A stretch of 64,000 nt of DNA from a virus (taxonomy: Duplodnaviria; Caudoviricetes), in IMG/VR virus record IMGVR_UViG_3300032007_000036, positions 1 through 64,000 of that record. The stretch is one strand, 5' to 3'. The position numbers and the translations under genes were made by a program. The notes below the pieces were generated by a model. It saw nothing but the letters and a program-made list of their open reading frames with translations, ran no database searches and was not told where the DNA came from. How positions within the stretch are numbered: position 1 is the stretch's first letter; the number at the start of each line of letters is the position of its first letter. Shown in pieces: positions 1 through 8,846 of the stretch.

Positions 1-1
1 G

Positions 2-355
2 CCTAAGACTATCCAGCATTACTCCAGACATGATCACATCGTTGAGAATCTTACCGCAGGCAGCCATGGGAACTCCGTTGGGGTAGAAGACCTTCTCTCG
101 ATCGTGATGATCGTATCTTCCTCCACCAACGTCATAGACAACAGCGCAAGTCTCGTTGAGATAGTCGACATCTCGAGACCTGACGATGTGTACATCGTAA
201 CCCAACGGTTTAAGTTCATGTACAAGAACAGCCGTTGCCAGTAGTTCATCTGCATGGAACTCACCGTTATGAGTACCGAGATTGATCCGTTTATACGGAT
301 GCTTGTCTCCAACTTCCATGAGCCGGAGTATTAAATCTGATTGTTGCATCGACAT
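2..355 (-). CDS. MYG1/UPF0160-family (DHH-like) metal-dependent nuclease, partial (runs off window start)
   Basis: My translation from the ATG at 355 (AAGGAAG upstream) gives MSMQQSDLILRLMEVGDKHPYKRINLGTHNGEFHADELLATAVL...VRSRD...VYDVGGGRYDHHD, which has the THxGxFHADE, RxRD and DVGG..DHH motifs of MYG1. Not in the ORF track because the frame is open at the edge. Confidence 0.88.
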   Translation of the reverse strand, partial: MSMQQSDLILRLMEVGDKHPYKRINLGTHNGEFHADELLATAVLVHELKPLGYDVHIVRSRDVDYLNETCAVVYDVGGGRYDHHDREKVFYPNGVPMAACGKILNDVIMSGVMLDSLR

Positions 356-379
356 CTTCCTTGGTAAATAACCATAAGC

Positions 380-394
380 GTAATATATGCCTGA
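380..394 (-). promoter_or_regulatory. Early-type phage promoter (TCAGGCATATATTAC)
   Basis: Matches the phiKZ early consensus TATATTAC; lies just upstream of the MYG1-like gene. Confidence 0.75.
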
Positions 395-423
395 TGATGT
401 ACTGGAATAAACAAAAAAGAAAT

Positions 424-440
424 CCCCGCTGGATGCGGGG
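424..440 (-). terminator. Intrinsic terminator
   Basis: CCCCGC-tggat-GCGGGG hairpin followed by a U-tract on the - strand, after ORF 468-872. Confidence 0.7.
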
Positions 441-467
441 CTCTTTCAGCTGCAATTTGCAGCTATC

Positions 468-872
468 CTACTTCTGCGTCTCGAACACGACATAAATCGT
501 GTCGAAGAGATTAAGCCTCTCTTTGACTGTGATTTTGGCTTCGTTGATAAGGGCGGTGACTTCATCGCATATGCGCTTAAACTCATCACTATCCTCGTCC
601 CACAATCCGTTGAAATACATAGTGAACTTGGACTCATTGGAGTCAATCGCGTTCATCATGTGCTCATAAGAGAACTTGACCTGAGGAATGTTTACGAGCA
701 TATTCCGTTTCTCAGGTCCAACGCGCTTGTACTGGATAGCGCTAACGCTGTCCATGTACATGATTTCGTCGAAATCGTCCTCATGGCGTACTTCTATGCA
801 ATCGCACAGTTTGCGGGTCGTGAATTCCTTAAACTTTTTAACCAGCACAGCAGCAGTTTCCTTAGTCATCAT
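468..872 (-). CDS. Hypothetical early protein
   Basis: 134 aa ORF with AAAGGAG RBS, between an early promoter and a terminator. Confidence 0.75.
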   Translation of the reverse strand: MMTKETAAVLVKKFKEFTTRKLCDCIEVRHEDDFDEIMYMDSVSAIQYKRVGPEKRNMLVNIPQVKFSYEHMMNAIDSNESKFTMYFNGLWDEDSDEFKRICDEVTALINEAKITVKERLNLFDTIYVVFETQK

Positions 873-909
873 GGACTCCTTTCTGTTTTGTTTCGGTTAG
901 ACTATGCGT

Positions 910-917
910 GTAATATA
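910..917 (-). promoter_or_regulatory. Early-type promoter (TATATTAC)
   Basis: Exact motif about 40 nt upstream of the start at 872. Confidence 0.7.
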
Positions 918-993
918 CATCTAACCAAAGTTGAAATACATTTTTTCGTACATCAATTAGCCATCGTCTAGATAACAATTGGAGGTAAAACGA

Positions 994-3594
994 ATGTTCT
1001 GGAAATCAGTAACACTCGACAACTACATACCTTTCACTCACAGTGGAATCAAGCATGTAGACATTGACTTCTCCAGGTGTGCAAATGCAGTAGCTATTCT
1101 CGGTGGTAACGGATCAGGTAAGAGTTCTCTGTTGAGAGCACTTACTCCTTATCCTAGCGTTAGGACTGACTTTGGACCTGGAGGCAAGATAGTCAAGGTA
1201 CTTTCCCACAATGGAAAGATCTACGAACTTACCAGCGACTTCAGCAATACAGGATCTCCTCATTCGTTCAAGGTGGATGATGTTGAGCTTAATCTATCTG
1301 GAACAACGGAGACTCAGAAAGATCTGGTTGAAGAGCACTTTGGTATAACCAAGTTGATAGATGATCTTCTTATTGGCGATTTCAGCATATGTGACATGAG
1401 CAAGGCTGAGAGAAGGTCGCTGTTCTCTTCGTTATATCCTGGAGATTTGTCATTCGTAATCGACTATTACAAAAAGGTATGTTCGTCGATAAGGGCTTGT
1501 GGCAACCAGCTCAAGTTGCTCAAGAGCAGAGAAGCCACATTGAGAAGTTCTCTGATAGATGCTGATGAGAGGGTTAGACTCGATAGGTTCCGTGAGAATG
1601 CTCTTAACTTTGTCAACACGATAGATAAGGACATTCTCAGGATCGAGGAGAACATCAAGATCTACTCTGCGAACAATGTAGAGTCCGATCTGACTCCTGA
1701 GAGACTTGCTGGTCTTAAGGATGAAGTTATCAATCTCAAGAAGAAGATCCTTAGGAACTACATGATCTACGGGATCAGGCAGAAGATCAAAGACAATCCT
1801 GGTCCTGTGACTATCGAGGAGATAGGAGATGAACACGCTGTAGTTGCCAGTGTAACTAGGGAACGTATAAGTGTGTTAACTTCTCAGTTAAGTTCGATCA
1901 GAGATGAGTTGAACTCATTTATTGCTTGTCGAGAGATGAGCAAGTCGTTCGACGAGAAAGACAACCTCGAGAAGAGGTACAAACAACTTCAGTCTGACCT
2001 GAGTAGTGTGTCTGAGCTGATAGGCAAGGAAGTTCCTGTAACTGTTGATCCTAACTACATCGATGCAATCGAAGCTGAGCTTATCCCTTATCTTAAGACC
2101 TGGTGTGAAGAGATGCACGGACAAGGTGTTAGGCTCAACACATGGGAAGAGATATCTAATCTACAGTCCAAGTTGGATAATGCTACCATGACTCTCAACG
2201 GGTCTATCGGTGAGGAGTTGTCCAAGATAAGCAGTGAGATAATCTCTGTTAGGGATAGGTTGAACAAACTTCAAAGTAGACCTTATCCTAAGGACTGTCA
2301 TCAAGTTTGTCCTCTCAGATCTGCCGTCAAAGACAACATCGACTCAGCAGAGAAGAGAATTAATGAGTTGGTTGAGCGTAGGAACCAACTTATCACTCAG
2401 AGAACAGAACTTGAGAAGTTCGTTTCTGAAGCTTCTCCTGTTCTTGAGACTCAGAAGAAACTGCACCAGTCTTTAACGACAGCTGTGTACGGTATACGCA
2501 AGATGTGTGTTGAGCACATAGCGTTCAATGGAGACGATCCTGTAGATGTGTGTAACAACAAGTGTTTCGAGATAGTCAATCGACTTATCCGAGCTTGTGA
2601 AAAGTCTAGGCTCGTAACTCGCAGGAACTTGATCTGCGATGAGATGAAGTCTATTCAGGACACACTTCAGGCATTAGCATCTACCAAACAAATACAGGTA
2701 TCTGCAGAGATAGTCGAGAGCACTATCCGCGATAGGGAAGAGAAGCTCAATCAGGGAATCAAGGAAATCGAACGTCTAGAGGAACTTTGCAAAAGAGAAA
2801 GTCACCTAAGTCAGGATATCAACGAAACAGCCAGAGACTTCAGCGAGATGCTCGGGCTGCAGAGTGAGATAACCACTTATGTCAAGTCTGAGACGATCAA
2901 GTCTTGGATAGAGTTCTATCGTGGTGTTGCCGATGACCTCATTAAGGCCAAGAACGACATCAACGAGGAACTATTCACTATAAGCAAGGTTCTTCAGGAG
3001 CAAAACAAGTACTCCAGTATTCTGGAGGACGAGATCCTTCCAACCATCAACAACGTGACTGTGGCTAAAGCCAACTACGAGGCAGTGGCAGACGGGTTGT
3101 CACCTGTGAACGGGTTGCCATGTATCTACCTGATAAGGTTCATTAATAGACTTATAGCTAAAGCGAACAAGATCATTGGTAAGGTGTGGTTCTACAACCT
3201 TGAACTTATGTATCTGGATGAGGAGTCCGATCTGGACTTCAACATCAAGGTCATGTTCAGGAACTCCACAGAAGCCAAGGATATTAGCCTGTTGTCCAAC
3301 GGCCAGAAGGCCATGGTTGATCTGGCTATGAGACTCGCTCTCTGTATAGAGAGGGGATTTTTGGAAGAGTTTGCTGTAAGGCTAGATGAGATAGATGGTC
3401 CATTGACGGAAGAACATCGCACAAAATTAGTGTGCATGCTCAGCGATCTCATGGATAAAGGGGTGATCAAACAGATGCTATTGGTCAACCATTATGCCAT
3501 GCAAACTGGCATGCACCAGTGCAGTTGCATAGCTCTGAATACTGAAGGGATCATAGTCCCTGACGACGTTAATGCTTGTGCCGAAATATCGTGA
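994..3594 (+). CDS. SbcC/Rad50-like SMC ATPase (phiKZ gp165-like)
   Basis: Walker A GGNGSGKS, long coiled coil with a central CxxxCPL zinc-hook-like motif, signature LSNGQ, Walker B RLDEID. GGAGG RBS supports the ATG at 994. Confidence 0.9.
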   Translation: MFWKSVTLDNYIPFTHSGIKHVDIDFSRCANAVAILGGNGSGKSSLLRALTPYPSVRTDFGPGGKIVKVLSHNGKIYELTSDFSNTGSPHSFKVDDVELNLSGTTETQKDLVEEHFGITKLIDDLLIGDFSICDMSKAERRSLFSSLYPGDLSFVIDYYKKVCSSIRACGNQLKLLKSREATLRSSLIDADERVRLDRFRENALNFVNTIDKDILRIEENIKIYSANNVESDLTPERLAGLKDEVINLKKKILRNYMIYGIRQKIKDNPGPVTIEEIGDEHAVVASVTRERISVLTSQLSSIRDELNSFIACREMSKSFDEKDNLEKRYKQLQSDLSSVSELIGKEVPVTVDPNYIDAIEAELIPYLKTWCEEMHGQGVRLNTWEEISNLQSKLDNATMTLNGSIGEELSKISSEIISVRDRLNKLQSRPYPKDCHQVCPLRSAVKDNIDSAEKRINELVERRNQLITQRTELEKFVSEASPVLETQKKLHQSLTTAVYGIRKMCVEHIAFNGDDPVDVCNNKCFEIVNRLIRACEKSRLVTRRNLICDEMKSIQDTLQALASTKQIQVSAEIVESTIRDREEKLNQGIKEIERLEELCKRESHLSQDINETARDFSEMLGLQSEITTYVKSETIKSWIEFYRGVADDLIKAKNDINEELFTISKVLQEQNKYSSILEDEILPTINNVTVAKANYEAVADGLSPVNGLPCIYLIRFINRLIAKANKIIGKVWFYNLELMYLDEESDLDFNIKVMFRNSTEAKDISLLSNGQKAMVDLAMRLALCIERGFLEEFAVRLDEIDGPLTEEHRTKLVCMLSDLMDKGVIKQMLLVNHYAMQTGMHQCSCIALNTEGIIVPDDVNACAEIS

Positions 3595-3604
3595 ACTGGG
3601 ATCC

Positions 3605-3634
3605 TCCACGGTGTAGATTTCTCTACACCGTGGA
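3605..3634. terminator. Hairpin terminator
   Basis: TCCACGGTGTAGA-tttc-TCTACACCGTGGA directly after the SbcC stop codon. Confidence 0.7.
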
Positions 3635-3658
3635 AGGGTCTATTTTAACAAAAAAGAA

Positions 3659-3731
3659 TCGACGGCGCTCTAACCATTGAGCCACAGACGCTTATGCGTC
3701 TGGCGGGACTCGAACCCGCAACTTCCATCGA
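3659..3731 (-). ncRNA. Circularly permuted tRNA-like RNA with no anticodon loop
   Basis: The - strand reads TC-GATGG-AAGTT-GCGGG-TTCGAGT-CCCGC-CAGACGC-A-TAA-GCGTCTG-TG-GCTC-AATGGTTA-GAGC-G-CCGTC-GA, i.e. the 3' half of a tRNA comes before the 5' half, and all four stems pair. Confidence 0.85.
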
Positions 3732-3741
3732 AGCCATGTAA

Positions 3742-3756
3742 GTGATATATGCTTGA
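3742..3756 (-). promoter_or_regulatory. Early-type promoter variant (TCAAGCATATATCAC)
   Basis: One mismatch to TATATTAC with the upstream TCA conserved; about 10 nt upstream of the permuted tRNA. Confidence 0.7.
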
Positions 3757-3783
3757 GACTTGATAATCTACATATTCGACGCC

Positions 3784-3791
3784 ATCGTATG
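3784..3791 (+). promoter_or_regulatory. Late-type promoter motif (ATCGTATG)
   Basis: TATG core as in phiKZ late promoters; ATCNTATG recurs before other late genes. Confidence 0.5.
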
Positions 3792-3817
3792 AATTTTAAT
3801 TACGAAAGGAAGTTGCG

Positions 3818-4639
3818 ATGCACTATCCGCTAGATCATGCCATTATGACCGTTTGCTCGAAAATACCGCCTGAAGTACTCGAGCTCGGCATAATAAAGGC
3901 TAATAAGAAGTTTCACATCAACAACAACCTCACTGAGTTCCTATGCAGGGACATCATCAACAAAAGGGTTCTCAAGGACTGCAACCTTGTGTCTGGTGAG
4001 GTCAAGACCATTGTCCTTAAGCCTACCTGGCTAGAATCCATGGTTGGAGACCACGGTGGCTATGCCGGAGACGACGGTCCGAATACAGTTTACCGTGTAC
4101 CTCCTGAGGCTAGAGATGGCAAGTCTATCAGTCAGGTTCTTACTGTCCAGTTCCCTTATCTGACCTATCAGTCAAGCGGTATCGCTAATGCAGACATTGC
4201 ATCTGGCGGCTATTCGCTAGTTGACCAGGTAGATCAGGTTCTGAACTCCTGGACCCTGGCTACTCCTAGGAACCACCCTGTTGTGACCTTGCTGTCTGGG
4301 GATCTGGTCAAGTTGACTCCTTCACAGTACACAAGGCAGAACTGGTTGCTTACCTGTCGTATCAACTACGATGAGACATTCAACAACATGAGTGACTCCT
4401 CGGTCAGGATACTGTCTGATTTGGTGCTGTATGCCACTCAGGAGTGGCTGTACACTAACCTGATCGTTGACATCGATCGTGCCGAGCAGGAGACAGGTAT
4501 GGACATCAACACTATCAAGTCGATAGTGGAGAAGTTTGAGAGTGCCGGTGAGAAGTATGAGGAGACTTTCCTGAAGTTCAGGGGAGCCAGTCTGCTTACA
4601 CCTGAAGTTAGACGTAGGCTTCTGTACTACCAGCTTTAA
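3818..4639 (+). CDS. Putative virion structural protein, phiKZ-like conserved family
   Basis: 273 aa with AAGGAAG RBS; the N-terminal PLDHAI...IPPEVL resembles a conserved jumbo phage virion family (recall only). Confidence 0.55.
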   Translation: MHYPLDHAIMTVCSKIPPEVLELGIIKANKKFHINNNLTEFLCRDIINKRVLKDCNLVSGEVKTIVLKPTWLESMVGDHGGYAGDDGPNTVYRVPPEARDGKSISQVLTVQFPYLTYQSSGIANADIASGGYSLVDQVDQVLNSWTLATPRNHPVVTLLSGDLVKLTPSQYTRQNWLLTCRINYDETFNNMSDSSVRILSDLVLYATQEWLYTNLIVDIDRAEQETGMDINTIKSIVEKFESAGEKYEETFLKFRGASLLTPEVRRRLLYYQL

Positions 4640-4650
4640 AAGAAAACGAA

Positions 4651-4690
4651 GATGCACTGGATGTGACCATGTGGTCACATCCAGTGCATC
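4651..4690. terminator. Bidirectional terminator
   Basis: 18-bp perfect stem GATGCACTGGATGTGACC/GGTCACATCCAGTGCATC between convergent genes. Confidence 0.8.
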
Positions 4691-4700
4691 CAAGTGTCTG

Positions 4701-6704
4701 TTACACACTCACAGGTATCGAAATGGGCAGACTACCAGAACTAAGCCTGAGCGATGGTGTAGCATCGAGTATGGAGATGTAAATATCCTGACCAGGGGCA
4801 GGAAATGCCATTATTCTCTTTGCTGCATTAGCGTTAAACTTAGATCCAGTTCCAAATATGTCCTTCATGTAAATGAAGTGGTACACATGACTTGGATCAT
4901 CGTTATGAACAAACCATGTGTTCCTTAAAGTTGTACTATCAGTAATTGCTCCGGATGTGTTTACACCTGTGACATTGAAAAAGATTCTGTGATAGCGTTC
5001 TGCATAGTCGATGCGGCTCCACACAGTCTCATATCTCTTGCCATCAGCTGTCTTAACTAGGTTGTTTTTGATATACTTCTGATATTCAGAAGCAGTACCC
5101 AACGAACTATAGTCGATGCCATCTTCGCCGGGGGCGAATGGTGACACGTATATGAGTCCTTTGTATCCTGTACTCTGAACTTTGAACGTGTTTGTAGCAG
5201 AATCGTAGTTACTGCTATTTGCGCTCTGTATCATCTCAACAACAAGCACAGCATTACTGTTTCTCTTCAGCTCTTCACTCGCTGAATCCAAGAACGTTAG
5301 AGGTGTAGCGTTTCTCCAAGCCTGAAGATTATCTGTGACATTGAAGTTATTAGTCAATTTGACACGTCTGCTAGCTATAACTCGTCCACACGGAACAAGT
5401 TTCGCATAAACATACGAAGACGTAGTGACTCCAATGGGGAACTTAACTGTTTCAGATTTCCCAGTCTTTGGATTTACAATTTCTCCAGTGCTAGCTGTAC
5501 CCGTAGACGGATCTATCTGGTACTTGGCTATTGAACCAGTGCGATGGATCCAGCAAGTTGGATAGTTGTACTTAATGTCAGGTTCAGATCCTCCAAGTAT
5601 TAATTCCTTGGACACCCACCTGTCATAAGTATTACCATCGGCTGAGTTCATCGCTTTGGCTAGTATCTTCTCAGTTCCTTTTGCAGGCCACATCGGAGAA
5701 GACAACGCACTTAAGTTGTACGGAGTGTTTGCAACATATGCTCCTGACCTTGACACTTTCAATGTGGTGTTATCAGGAACAGAGGTCTCGCTCTTTATGA
5801 CGCCATCGGCTCTAGCTGCAACAAGTCGGAACGATCTGTAGGAAGACTCAGCATATACACCGATACTTTCAGCGATTGAAGCACCGTCCATGCCGACGTA
5901 TTGCTTATTCGAAAGCTCACCTGCTACCAATCTGTTGATATATTTTGCAGCGATATCAAGATCGCGTTTGCGCCTGAGCATGATGGCAGATCCACGATAA
6001 GGAGCATCAGGATCAGATGTGTTGAGGCGAACGGTTATCTTCTTGACGTAGTCAAAAGACAGTTCATCTGCCACAGTGTCCTTGGAGTTGTAGTAATACC
6101 GGGCGGCATTAGTTGTCAATCCAGGTATAGTCGTCACAGTATTCGCATCAGGGTTCCACTGGGAACCCCCTGTTACAGTGGCGCTCTCAACGAAATACGG
6201 CTCAGCTACAACGATGGCTAACTGATACACTCCGTTACTTGGTATAGTCACTTCAAGTGTATTGCTAGAGAAGTTGTACCTGGTATAACCCGCATACCAG
6301 GAACTCGGAGTAAGATCCGGACCGTAGTCGACTTCAGGTGGTTCTGGAGGTCCAGGTGGTGGTTCTTCACCACCTCCACCAGGATCATCAGGGATTTCAT
6401 ACTGCTCGGCCACTATGTCCTGGAACTTGATGTTCGTGTCAATGGCTCTGAAGAATGTTCTGAATTCAGATGCGGCAAATGTCGCGCTGTCGGACAGAAT
6501 CTTGAAGAAAATCTCTTTTCCTCTGGAAGCAGTTATGATATCAGATAAGAACAAGGCTCCTCCGCTGATAGAGCGAACGAATCCAAAATCTATCTTAGCA
6601 TCGCCTAAAAGGATTTCTGACAACCTGCTTCCACCAGATACCTTAATAGCGATTCTGTATTTTCCGTATTCAAGAACACGGAACTTTTTAGTGATCTCTG
6701 TCAT
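4701..6704 (-). CDS. Putative virion surface/fibre protein with a Gly/Pro linker
   Basis: 667 aa: about 100 aa N-domain, DDPGGGGEEPPPGPPEPP hinge, then an S/T/N/Y-rich beta-type region. Confidence 0.5.
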   Translation of the reverse strand: MTEITKKFRVLEYGKYRIAIKVSGGSRLSEILLGDAKIDFGFVRSISGGALFLSDIITASRGKEIFFKILSDSATFAASEFRTFFRAIDTNIKFQDIVAEQYEIPDDPGGGGEEPPPGPPEPPEVDYGPDLTPSSWYAGYTRYNFSSNTLEVTIPSNGVYQLAIVVAEPYFVESATVTGGSQWNPDANTVTTIPGLTTNAARYYYNSKDTVADELSFDYVKKITVRLNTSDPDAPYRGSAIMLRRKRDLDIAAKYINRLVAGELSNKQYVGMDGASIAESIGVYAESSYRSFRLVAARADGVIKSETSVPDNTTLKVSRSGAYVANTPYNLSALSSPMWPAKGTEKILAKAMNSADGNTYDRWVSKELILGGSEPDIKYNYPTCWIHRTGSIAKYQIDPSTGTASTGEIVNPKTGKSETVKFPIGVTTSSYVYAKLVPCGRVIASRRVKLTNNFNVTDNLQAWRNATPLTFLDSASEELKRNSNAVLVVEMIQSANSSNYDSATNTFKVQSTGYKGLIYVSPFAPGEDGIDYSSLGTASEYQKYIKNNLVKTADGKRYETVWSRIDYAERYHRIFFNVTGVNTSGAITDSTTLRNTWFVHNDDPSHVYHFIYMKDIFGTGSKFNANAAKRIMAFPAPGQDIYISILDATPSLRLSSGSLPISIPVSV

Positions 6705-7504
6705 ATCGCAGGAATCTCCATGTAGAGTTCGCTATTCTCAGGGTCAAAAGTGGCTAAATCATCATCTCCAGGCACAGACTGTTCTACGCAGGTAGATATG
6801 CCATCAATAGCGTGAGCGATATCAAGGATGGTATCGATCACACACAGAACAGCAGTTTCGATATTAGCCGCGTAACCACGCGCAGTAACGACAGACGACT
6901 TGGTGGAATCCTGCCAGGGCTTACTTGAGATGTAGCCATGCATCACTCTCAACTGAGTGATGATGTCTGTCTTAGCGATGTACTTGCCTAGCTCGTAAAT
7001 ACCGATATTGTCACTAACACCATCAATCTCACCAAGTCTCTCACGAGTCAGAGTGAAACCTTTCTGCGCATACGACAGCTTAGGGGTAGCAGTGTAATCC
7101 GAGGAGATCAACATCAGATATACACGGTTGTATATCGTGTTGAAATCTGAGGAATATGAAGTGATAGAAGACCCATTGAAGATCTGATCGCCGTGTTCCA
7201 CCAAGATCTGGTTAAACATATACAGGGCATCAACAGCATCCATGGCGAGACTAGGAGTCAACGCCATGTTTTTCACAAGCTTGGAACCAACATTCTCATC
7301 CCACACACTATCGAACAGAGTGCCTCTGAGATCAAGGTCAATAGGAGTTCCGCCTTCAACAACAGTTATATCCCTAGCCGAGTACTCTGAAGGAAACTCT
7401 CTGAGAACGCGGCACATACGAGCCGCGACAGCTTGTATGTTCCTGGATTTGATGTTATCCAGAGCACGCTTGAAATCAGCGGCTTGTTGTGCAGCATCGA
7501 GCAT
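6701..7504 (-). CDS. Hypothetical protein
   Basis: 267 aa, AAGGAG RBS, ATGA-type overlap with the next gene. Confidence 0.7.
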   Translation of the reverse strand: MLDAAQQAADFKRALDNIKSRNIQAVAARMCRVLREFPSEYSARDITVVEGGTPIDLDLRGTLFDSVWDENVGSKLVKNMALTPSLAMDAVDALYMFNQILVEHGDQIFNGSSITSYSSDFNTIYNRVYLMLISSDYTATPKLSYAQKGFTLTRERLGEIDGVSDNIGIYELGKYIAKTDIITQLRVMHGYISSKPWQDSTKSSVVTARGYAANIETAVLCVIDTILDIAHAIDGISTCVEQSVPGDDDLATFDPENSELYMEIPAI

Positions 7505-7514
7505 TTCTACTCCT

Positions 7515-8765
7515 TTAGTCTAAGTCAAATGTCAAAAGAATGATGTAAACGATGAAAGCGATCTTGAGAGAAGCTAGAGTGGACTCACGCTTCGAGATCT
7601 TAGAGTCAGAGACGAACGCGTCAACAGACGACTTGATCTTCAGGATCGCAGGATCACTTATACGAGAAGACCTGTACAGATTGGAAGCTTTCATCAGGAT
7701 CGCAACTTTAGACTTCAAGTTGACCTTGTCCATGATGCATGCACGATAGGTGCGCTGGATAAGGTTCTTGATCAAGATGGCATATCCCTTGTAGTTCCCC
7801 TGTTTGTCGATCTCTTCAGACTTATGCTTCTGGTACTGGTAGGTTGCCGTGGTGCTGAACTTGTACAGCAACTCTCTTAGCATCTCTACCTTGACATTGG
7901 AAGTCTGTTTGCAGGCAAGCCTGAGATAGTCGTTCTTAACGAACTGATTGACGTTGAGAACCCTGTTAGTCACAGAGGTTGTCATAGCGTCAAAGTTGTT
8001 AACCAACTCTTTGATCCTCTTGTCACCGGACTCCTTATCGTCATCAGTGAGTTCAGAATCACGTATAGCCTTGCCTTCAGCATGAAGTCTGTAATACTCT
8101 AAGCTAACATTCACCAACTTCGTACGAAGACGCGTCTGAGTATCCGTAAGGACATAGGTGACACGAGCATCATCCATGAACGTCTTGATCGTATTGAAGT
8201 GGATGTTGTTGGTCTGGATCAGCTCCTTGGCACGAGCAAGCATTAGGAGTTTCCATGTGTTTGTGTCCTTGTGCTTGATGTCGTACTTGTCGCTAAGACT
8301 ATCAATCGTAGCCTCCATGATCGCCCTGTCGGCTCCATGAGGGAACAGATGTCCAACAACAGATGAGAAGAACTTGACGAGAAGCATGAAGAACAGAGTT
8401 ATACACGCATCTTCACGCACATTCCTAGGAAGGTTGGAGTTGTAGAACTTGTGAACAGACCAAACTATAGCAAGGTTGTACGGATTGGAAGCTACAATGT
8501 AGTCCGTGTTGATGGACGAGTGCTCAATCGTCTCCGTGAACTCAGACACGCTTATACCGAGGATGTCGAACAGAGCGTCGGCATCCTTAGGGAGGAATCT
8601 CATCTTGTTGACTGCAAGTAGAGGTGTGTTGAGAACCTCAGGGTGTTCACCCCTAGTCTCGAACAGAGTCCTCCACCTGGCAATATCCCTAGCCATTTTG
8701 GTTGTAGGGACAAAGTCATGCTTAGCGGCGAATAGCTGCTTAAGCGGGGTTACGTTTGTAGCCAT
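7515..8765 (-). CDS. Conserved phiKZ-like phage protein, function unknown
   Basis: 416 aa all-alpha ORF with GGAGAG RBS; resembles a conserved jumbo phage family (recall only). Confidence 0.6.
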   Translation of the reverse strand: MATNVTPLKQLFAAKHDFVPTTKMARDIARWRTLFETRGEHPEVLNTPLLAVNKMRFLPKDADALFDILGISVSEFTETIEHSSINTDYIVASNPYNLAIVWSVHKFYNSNLPRNVREDACITLFFMLLVKFFSSVVGHLFPHGADRAIMEATIDSLSDKYDIKHKDTNTWKLLMLARAKELIQTNNIHFNTIKTFMDDARVTYVLTDTQTRLRTKLVNVSLEYYRLHAEGKAIRDSELTDDDKESGDKRIKELVNNFDAMTTSVTNRVLNVNQFVKNDYLRLACKQTSNVKVEMLRELLYKFSTTATYQYQKHKSEEIDKQGNYKGYAILIKNLIQRTYRACIMDKVNLKSKVAILMKASNLYRSSRISDPAILKIKSSVDAFVSDSKISKRESTLASLKIAFIVYIILLTFDLD

Positions 8766-8801
8766 AAAAATCTCTCCAATAAAAAGACCATAAAATTGCC
8801 C

Positions 8802-8832
8802 CTTCTCACCAGGAAATACACCCGGTGAGAAG
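8802..8832 (-). terminator. Probable terminator
   Basis: CTTCTCACC/GGTGAGAAG inverted repeat after the stop at 8847. Confidence 0.5.
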
Positions 8833-8846
8833 AGAGCAACTCTAGG

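Noticed and set aside
34-312. 92-aa ORF in the track
   Set aside because: Wrong frame; the overlapping frame starting at 355 carries the MYG1 motifs and the RBS.
3659-3731. Reading as a normal tRNA or as tmRNA
   Set aside because: The halves are in reversed order and no anticodon can be assigned. The full D-stem and lack of a tag-reading region argue against tmRNA.
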